64,000 nt of DNA from an uncultured Candidatus Saccharibacteria bacterium (GTDB taxonomy: Bacteria; Patescibacteriota; Minisyncoccia; Phycocordibacterales; UBA6899). How positions within the stretch are numbered: position 1 is the stretch's first letter; each line of letters starts with the position of its first letter. The stretch spans positions 22,482 to 86,481 of the forward strand of contig CAZERF010000005.1 of NCBI GenBank assembly GCA_964515375.1, in the 5' to 3' direction. The notes below the pieces were generated by a model. It worked only from the letters and a program-made list of their open reading frames with translations, was not told the DNA's origin and made no database searches. The position numbers and the translations under genes are program-made. Positions 58,529 through 64,000 of the stretch are shown here, in pieces.

Positions 58529-59836
58529 TTATACACCATCTTTCTCTCCGCGTTGAGCAAGCTTGAGCCGCTTCAGATACATAAGCGTGAGGAAGGAAAG
58601 TAGTCCGACAAGCAAGACAAGTGCGATATTGAGATAAAAAGAAGAGGTGTCATCAGGAATTTCTTTTGGTAGAGGTGTAACGAAAAGCGGGTTCTCTTCG
58701 GCTTCCCCCGCTTGAGCGTTGGGGAGTTCCGCACTTTCGATATACTGCGCGTAGCGCGCAATATCGTACACAGGAGCACGCAAAGAAGAATCACCCAAAT
58801 AGAGCATGTAGGAGTCTCCGGGGCGGACAGGAAAGATCGCGGCACGGACAGGACCCGCGAGAACGACGCGAGATGTCCACTCCACCGGCGCATCATCCTC
58901 ATTAAAGACGATCACACGCACATACCGCGCCTGAGTCTCAGGGAAAGATACCCCAAGAGAAGATCCGGAAAAGAGCGGGGTCACCAAAGAAGAAACATAC
59001 CCTTCACCGAGGGGTCGCCATGTTGTTCCATCTGCCGATGATTGCACCGAAACCCGCCGATCAAAATTCCGCTCATCCTCTTCTTCGAGCAAAAGTCGAT
59101 TAATGGGAATACCCGAACCACCCATATCAACAACGATCTCGGTTGTACGAAACTGAACATTTTGAGTGATCATTGCGGAAAGAGTACGCACATCTTCCAA
59201 ACGAGAGCGAGTGCGAACCTGAGAAATACTCGCACTTGCCACGTCGATCGCATCATGATCGGCCCCTGAGATCACAACCTTTAGGTAGCGAGCTGTGCTC
59301 TGCGGATAGAAGACATCTCCGCGCGCGACACGTGTTCCGGTCCGAAGATCCGAGAGATCGAAGACATATCCGGAATCGGTCAGCATTCGCCAAGAGGGAT
59401 CAGAGAGCGTGAGGGGAACGTCGGAAGCATAAACGGATACTTGCTTCTTGAAGTTTTGAGAGGAACTTTGGATCCGGATTCTGTCATGGATCCTCCCCTC
59501 TTCTCCAACATCAAGAAGAAAGAGAGTCTGATCAAGAACACGAGAAAGATCGGAGAGTTCGACCGTTTGTTCATATCGCACATTTTCTTCACTACTGCGA
59601 ATGATCCGATATGGAACTTCCCCGCCGGAGGGATCAACAATGCGCACATCAGAAAGATCGGGGCGTGCCAAATAGGAAACCTCGTCATCAAAGATGACTC
59701 GAGCGTATCCAGGTGCGGTCACCTCAGAGGGAAGCGCGAGCTCCTTCCGATGTTCAAAACGAGAAAGATCGAGTGTGGCTGAGGCAATAAAGGGAGCGAC
59801 GGCAAACACCGCGACAATGTAGGGTAGCTTATTCAT
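58529..59836 (-). CDS. DUF3999-like exported protein
   Basis: DLSDVRIVD..GEVPY, NFDRRV.V..S.DG..W, APVYD; C-terminal TM. Confidence 0.7.
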   Translation of the reverse strand: MNKLPYIVAVFAVAPFIASATLDLSRFEHRKELALPSEVTAPGYARVIFDDEVSYLARPDLSDVRIVDPSGGEVPYRIIRSSEENVRYEQTVELSDLSRVLDQTLFLLDVGEEGRIHDRIRIQSSSQNFKKQVSVYASDVPLTLSDPSWRMLTDSGYVFDLSDLRTGTRVARGDVFYPQSTARYLKVVISGADHDAIDVASASISQVRTRSRLEDVRTLSAMITQNVQFRTTEIVVDMGGSGIPINRLLLEEEDERNFDRRVSVQSSADGTTWRPLGEGYVSSLVTPLFSGSSLGVSFPETQARYVRVIVFNEDDAPVEWTSRVVLAGPVRAAIFPVRPGDSYMLYLGDSSLRAPVYDIARYAQYIESAELPNAQAGEAEENPLFVTPLPKEIPDDTSSFYLNIALVLLVGLLSFLTLMYLKRLKLAQRGEKDGV

Positions 59837-62141
59837 TGATGATACGATCCTTAAAGCGTAGATAAAGAAATGATGCACCGAGCGCGAACAATCCGAAAAC
59901 GATCGAGACAATGATACGTCCGAGCTCGTCCATACTCGAGAATACCTGACCGAAGATCCGAATCGCGGTGACAAAGAAGAACGCGAGCCCAAAAAGACGA
60001 AATTCGCGGCTTCTCCGAACAAAGCCCATGACTGTCACAAGGATCGAGTAGAAGATCCAGAAGAGTGAGACAGCGATCTCGCGTTGCTGCTTCAATTTCT
60101 CGACCTTTAATGATGTTTCCCTCCGTACCTCTTCAATAGTATTCACGGCAGAACTATTCCCTCTGATTTCGCCATAATATGAATACAATTCCTTTTGCGC
60201 GTTTTCTCTTTCAGAGTACGCATGGGTGATCTGTCTGTCGAAGACATACGCGAGCTCAGAAGAGAAGCTCATCACGAAAATGATGTTCGCGAGAATAAGG
60301 AGGGCGCCGGTCGCCTTCTTGACATCGATGACTCCCTCCCGCTGCATTCCACGATAAAGAAGCACGAAGGCGAGCGGGGTGAATGTCGCAATGACCAAGA
60401 AGAATGTCCCCAGATTCAAGAACGGAATCCCTCCCGCCTCAACACTCGCGCGCATTTGATCCAGATCAGAACCGAGCGCAAAAAGCGTGATGAATGAGAC
60501 AAACCACGCGAGCACCTCAAGAAACCGGGAACGATGATACAGCCCAGCCCACAACAGAGCGGGTGCAAGGAACATCCAAGGAAGGAGCTCGAGATGATCC
60601 ACGAGACGGCCAAACTCCGGAGCAAGCGCCCATGCTCCGAAAAAGAACGCGAGCATGAGCGGAAAGACAAAGAAGAGATGGGGCGATCCGGGAGTATCAT
60701 TCTCATCATAGAGACGCCGAGCGGTCCACGCGACCACCGCGAGTGCCGCCGATGAGGCAAGCATGAGGAATACGCCCATGTTAAAGAACGGCGTAACGTC
60801 ATACACGTTCCTGATTTTTTCCGCGTCGCTGATCGCACCAACAACGCCGAACGCGACAAACACACTGCCGAAGATCTGTATCACGCGGTCACGAAGACTT
60901 GCTCCGATCAGGGCGATTACCACACCTTCCGCGATCCACGCAAGAGAGATCCAATAACCGGAAAGCTGAAGTGGTATCGCGATCGCGAGAAATATACTCG
61001 CAATGCCCGGAAGAGCGAGATTGAGGTAGCGATTTCTCGAGTCAAAGGAAAACGCGAGATACGCAAGAGCAAGATGAAGGACGGAGAGCGCGAAGGAGAA
61101 GAACCCAAGAAGATGGTCCGCGCGAATATCGATCATATATGCCCCGAGCCCAAAATAAGCCGCCGCATTCAAGAGAAGAAGCAGCAGGTCGCCCGATGAG
61201 CTCTGCTCCCTCCGAACAAAATGCTGCGCGAGAGACATGGCCAAAAAGACCACGAAGAAGAGCGTCGCAAAAACAAACGCAATCCCGAACATCATGTCCG
61301 AATACTGTGTCGCGATGAAACTCCCAAAGAGCACGTACGTTCCAAAAAAGGAAAGGAAGTGCAGCGTGATCCATCTCCGGAAAAGTGCGATCAGGAAAGC
61401 ACCGATATCGAGAACAAGAAGGTAGGTGGAGAGGACGACAATATCGCCACTACCATTGGAGAGGAGCAGCGGCGTCAGAAAACCTCCTGCAAAAGAGAAG
61501 AGTGCCAATCGAACACGTGACCCCGCGAGCGCAAGCACGATCCCAAAGAGTGTCACAAGTATCATGAGCGGGAACGCGACCGTGCTCGTAAATAATTCAT
61601 AAAAATAATATCCCGCAAAGATGGAGAGGTACAGCACGCCGACACCGGATGAAACGACAAGATCCGAAAAATTGAGATACTTGCCCTGAAGGCGTTCTCC
61701 CACACCAACAAGCGCCAATCCAAACAAAAGCCCAAAAATGACACGCCATGTCTCGGTGATCCACCCCGAATCAACGGCATACTTGAAGAAAAAGACAAAA
61801 CCGATAAATATTGCCACGGCACCGATAATACCGAGCCAGCGAGCACCGCTCTCTTCGCTTGTTCGCACCTCTTTCTTTGCGGTCACAGGCTCAACCTCTT
61901 CAAAAGAAGACATCGGCATCGGAGCGGGGGCGGGCGGAACAAAGGAGTGTCGGTCTTGCTCAAGACGCTCGCTCTCGGACAAAGAGAAAGAAAGAGGAGG
62001 AGTCGTCTCTTCCCGAACAGACACATGGGCACGATCTTGCTGCTCAAATGTGTTCACTCTCTTTTCAAGCGCAAGCAAACGACCGTGCAGGTGCCACACA
62101 TAAAGCCCCACCGCAATAAGAATGAGTAATTCCATGATCAA
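59829..62141 (-). CDS. DUF2339-family multi-TM protein
   Basis: WLGIIG...FFFKYAVDSGWI, GGFLTPLLLS; many TM helices. Confidence 0.85.
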   Translation of the reverse strand: MIMELLILIAVGLYVWHLHGRLLALEKRVNTFEQQDRAHVSVREETTPPLSFSLSESERLEQDRHSFVPPAPAPMPMSSFEEVEPVTAKKEVRTSEESGARWLGIIGAVAIFIGFVFFFKYAVDSGWITETWRVIFGLLFGLALVGVGERLQGKYLNFSDLVVSSGVGVLYLSIFAGYYFYELFTSTVAFPLMILVTLFGIVLALAGSRVRLALFSFAGGFLTPLLLSNGSGDIVVLSTYLLVLDIGAFLIALFRRWITLHFLSFFGTYVLFGSFIATQYSDMMFGIAFVFATLFFVVFLAMSLAQHFVRREQSSSGDLLLLLLNAAAYFGLGAYMIDIRADHLLGFFSFALSVLHLALAYLAFSFDSRNRYLNLALPGIASIFLAIAIPLQLSGYWISLAWIAEGVVIALIGASLRDRVIQIFGSVFVAFGVVGAISDAEKIRNVYDVTPFFNMGVFLMLASSAALAVVAWTARRLYDENDTPGSPHLFFVFPLMLAFFFGAWALAPEFGRLVDHLELLPWMFLAPALLWAGLYHRSRFLEVLAWFVSFITLFALGSDLDQMRASVEAGGIPFLNLGTFFLVIATFTPLAFVLLYRGMQREGVIDVKKATGALLILANIIFVMSFSSELAYVFDRQITHAYSERENAQKELYSYYGEIRGNSSAVNTIEEVRRETSLKVEKLKQQREIAVSLFWIFYSILVTVMGFVRRSREFRLFGLAFFFVTAIRIFGQVFSSMDELGRIIVSIVFGLFALGASFLYLRFKDRIINE

Positions 62142-62258
62142 CGGTTATTGATAGTTCCTCCATTATAGGGCATATTTCCGAACAAAAATACTTCTTCTGC
62201 ACAGGTGTGCTTTAAAAAAATGTTCCACAAAAAAGACGAGCGGGGTACAATAGGATAT

Positions 62259-62726
62259 ATGCCCACATGGACCATCTACGCGTTTCTTGCCGCCATCTCC
62301 GCAGCCCTCGTTGGGATCTTTAGCAAGATCGGGATCAAAGGAATCGACGCGACCGTCGCAACCGCGATCCGCGGAGTGACCATCGCCATCGCGATGGGCG
62401 GTGCGGCATTCTTCTTCGGAAAATGGGACACACTTGCAACCACGAGCGGAAAAGCGCTCTTCTTCATCATCCTCGCTGGACTCTTCGGCGGACTTTCTTG
62501 GTTGTGGGGATTCCTCGCGCTCCAAGGCGGCGGCGAAGCAACCGCAGTCAACGCGATCGATCGCTTGAGCATCGTCTTTATTCTCATCTTTGCCGCGCTC
62601 TTTCTCGGAGAATCATTTACCTGGCAAAAGTTCTTTGGCGTCTCACTGATCTCTCTCGGAGTTGTTCTTGTCACCATGTCGCGCGCGCAGATCGTCACGC
62701 TCATCCGATCACTCATACCGTCTTGA
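62259..62726 (+). CDS. EamA/DMT-family transporter (single domain)
   Basis: SKIGIKGIDATVATAIR, IDRLS, LFLGE. Confidence 0.88.
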   Translation: MPTWTIYAFLAAISAALVGIFSKIGIKGIDATVATAIRGVTIAIAMGGAAFFFGKWDTLATTSGKALFFIILAGLFGGLSWLWGFLALQGGGEATAVNAIDRLSIVFILIFAALFLGESFTWQKFFGVSLISLGVVLVTMSRAQIVTLIRSLIPS

Positions 62727-62750
62727 TCTCACAGAGAGGACAGATGCTCC

Positions 62751-63992
62751 CTACCGTTGTCGCACTCTTCTTTCTGCAACAGAGAAATATATCCCGGCGC
62801 CGATGATCAAAAGCGCCGCGCAAAGTATCGGTGCCGATGGCGAGAATGTCGCAACCAGCACTCCGGAGACGAGAGGTGGGATGGACTGTGCCATTGCATT
62901 GACGCTTCCGTTGATACCCAAGATCTCACCCTGCACCTCGTCCGAAGCAGACCGAGAGATCGCGCCGACCATATTCGCTTGGGTCAATCCGATCGCGATC
63001 GAAAAGAAGGGCGCAACAAAGTAAAGAAACGAGACATTCGGAACAACAAGAAAAAGGAGGAGAACAACGCCGGCCATCACGAGCGAATAACGAAGCACGC
63101 GCAATTCGGAATATCGGGCCGCTACCACCCGCGTCACAAAGCCTTGAGTAAAGACGATCCAAAGACCGACAAAAGCAAAATAATTGCCGATCTGACCCTC
63201 CGAGAGACCAAACCGCGAAAGCAAGAAAAGTGCCGAAAATGTCGTATAAAAAGCAAAACCGACCTGAAAAAAGAGATTCGTAAGAAGAAGCGAGCGCAGT
63301 GAGGTGAGTCGTGTCGCGCGCGCGATATTCTGAAGCGAGCGATGCCATTCGATGACCTGTTCGCGTCGAGGACTTGGATGAGTCTCCCGAAGGAAGAAGA
63401 TCACAAAAAGTCCGTTCACAAGAGAAAGTGTCGCCGCAAACCAGAACGGGGTTGAGGCGGAGAACCACCCCACACGCGATGGGTCAGCAAAAAGTCCTCC
63501 GAGAAATGGTCCGAAGATGAATCCGAGACCGAACGCAGCCCCGATCATGCCAAAATTCTTGGCACGGTCTGCGGGTGGCGTAATATCCGCGATGGCCGCC
63601 TGCGCGACAACGATATTTCCGCCAGCGACCCCGGCCAAAAAGCGCGCGACGAACAAAAGAGGGATGTTCCCGACAAAAAGCGCAAACGCAAACAATGCAT
63701 GTCCGAGCGCGGTGCCGAAAACCCCATACGCGAGCAGATATTTCCTCCCAAACTTATCCGAAAATTGACCGATGATCGGCGCTGCGATGAACTGTCCGAT
63801 CGAATACAACGCGAGAAGTATACCGAGCAGAAGGTAACCAACGCGCTCTGACGTTTCCGGAGCAAGGAGGTAATGCGTCGATGTCGGCTCCGCGAACAGC
63901 ATCGGAATGACCGGTATCAAGATTCCCACCCCGAGCATATCGAGGAAGATCGTAAAGAAGAGTGTCGAGAGATCCCTCTTTCTGTTTTTCAT
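62751..63992 (-). CDS. TetA-like MFS transporter
   Basis: FLDMLGVGILIPVIP, GQFSDKFGRK, AIADIT, GFIFGPFLGG. Confidence 0.92.
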   Translation of the reverse strand: MKNRKRDLSTLFFTIFLDMLGVGILIPVIPMLFAEPTSTHYLLAPETSERVGYLLLGILLALYSIGQFIAAPIIGQFSDKFGRKYLLAYGVFGTALGHALFAFALFVGNIPLLFVARFLAGVAGGNIVVAQAAIADITPPADRAKNFGMIGAAFGLGFIFGPFLGGLFADPSRVGWFSASTPFWFAATLSLVNGLFVIFFLRETHPSPRREQVIEWHRSLQNIARATRLTSLRSLLLTNLFFQVGFAFYTTFSALFLLSRFGLSEGQIGNYFAFVGLWIVFTQGFVTRVVAARYSELRVLRYSLVMAGVVLLLFLVVPNVSFLYFVAPFFSIAIGLTQANMVGAISRSASDEVQGEILGINGSVNAMAQSIPPLVSGVLVATFSPSAPILCAALLIIGAGIYFSVAERRVRQR

Positions 63993-64000
63993 CAACACAG

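Noticed and set aside
1-64000. Complete DGR cassette, CRISPR array, IS element or integrase
   Set aside because: No RT, template repeat, repeat-spacer array or transposase/integrase motifs were found by eye.
1-64000. TGA recoding (code 25)
   Set aside because: Conserved genes such as thrS, gyrB and obgE end at TGA at the expected positions.

Overview
Housekeeping-rich chromosomal segment of a streamlined bacterium using the standard code. The gene set and truncated domain architectures suggest Patescibacteria/CPR, probably Parcubacteria (inference). Core genes: smc (partial), rnc, nusB-NUDIX, rpmF, rnhB, dnaE, thrS, gyrB, pheST, tRNA-Thr(UGU), tsf, rpsB, prfA, rpmE, rplY, a sugar-phosphate cluster (class I fba, pfkB, split tkt, rpe, rpiB, gap), gatB, bcp, obgE, MYG1, mutY, an M3 peptidase, transporters and several large surface proteins. 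Two AT-richer inserts are visible: 16.3-20.1 kb (Ig-repeat surface protein beside the tRNA) and 38.5-42.4 kb (frameshifted EcoRI-type methylase, DUF262-HNH nuclease, controller protein with C-boxes, radical SAM, CYTH). The most notable signals are: a probable orphan diversity-generating-retroelement (DGR) target gene at 37.5-38.2 kb; two diverged, covarying copies of an unnamed structured element bracketing it; a compact T-box riboswitch before thrS; a tRNA enclosed in an inverted repeat and preceded by a copy of its own 5' half; two single-base frameshifts; and many apparently leaderless promoters. All calls come from reading the sequence; no searches were run.
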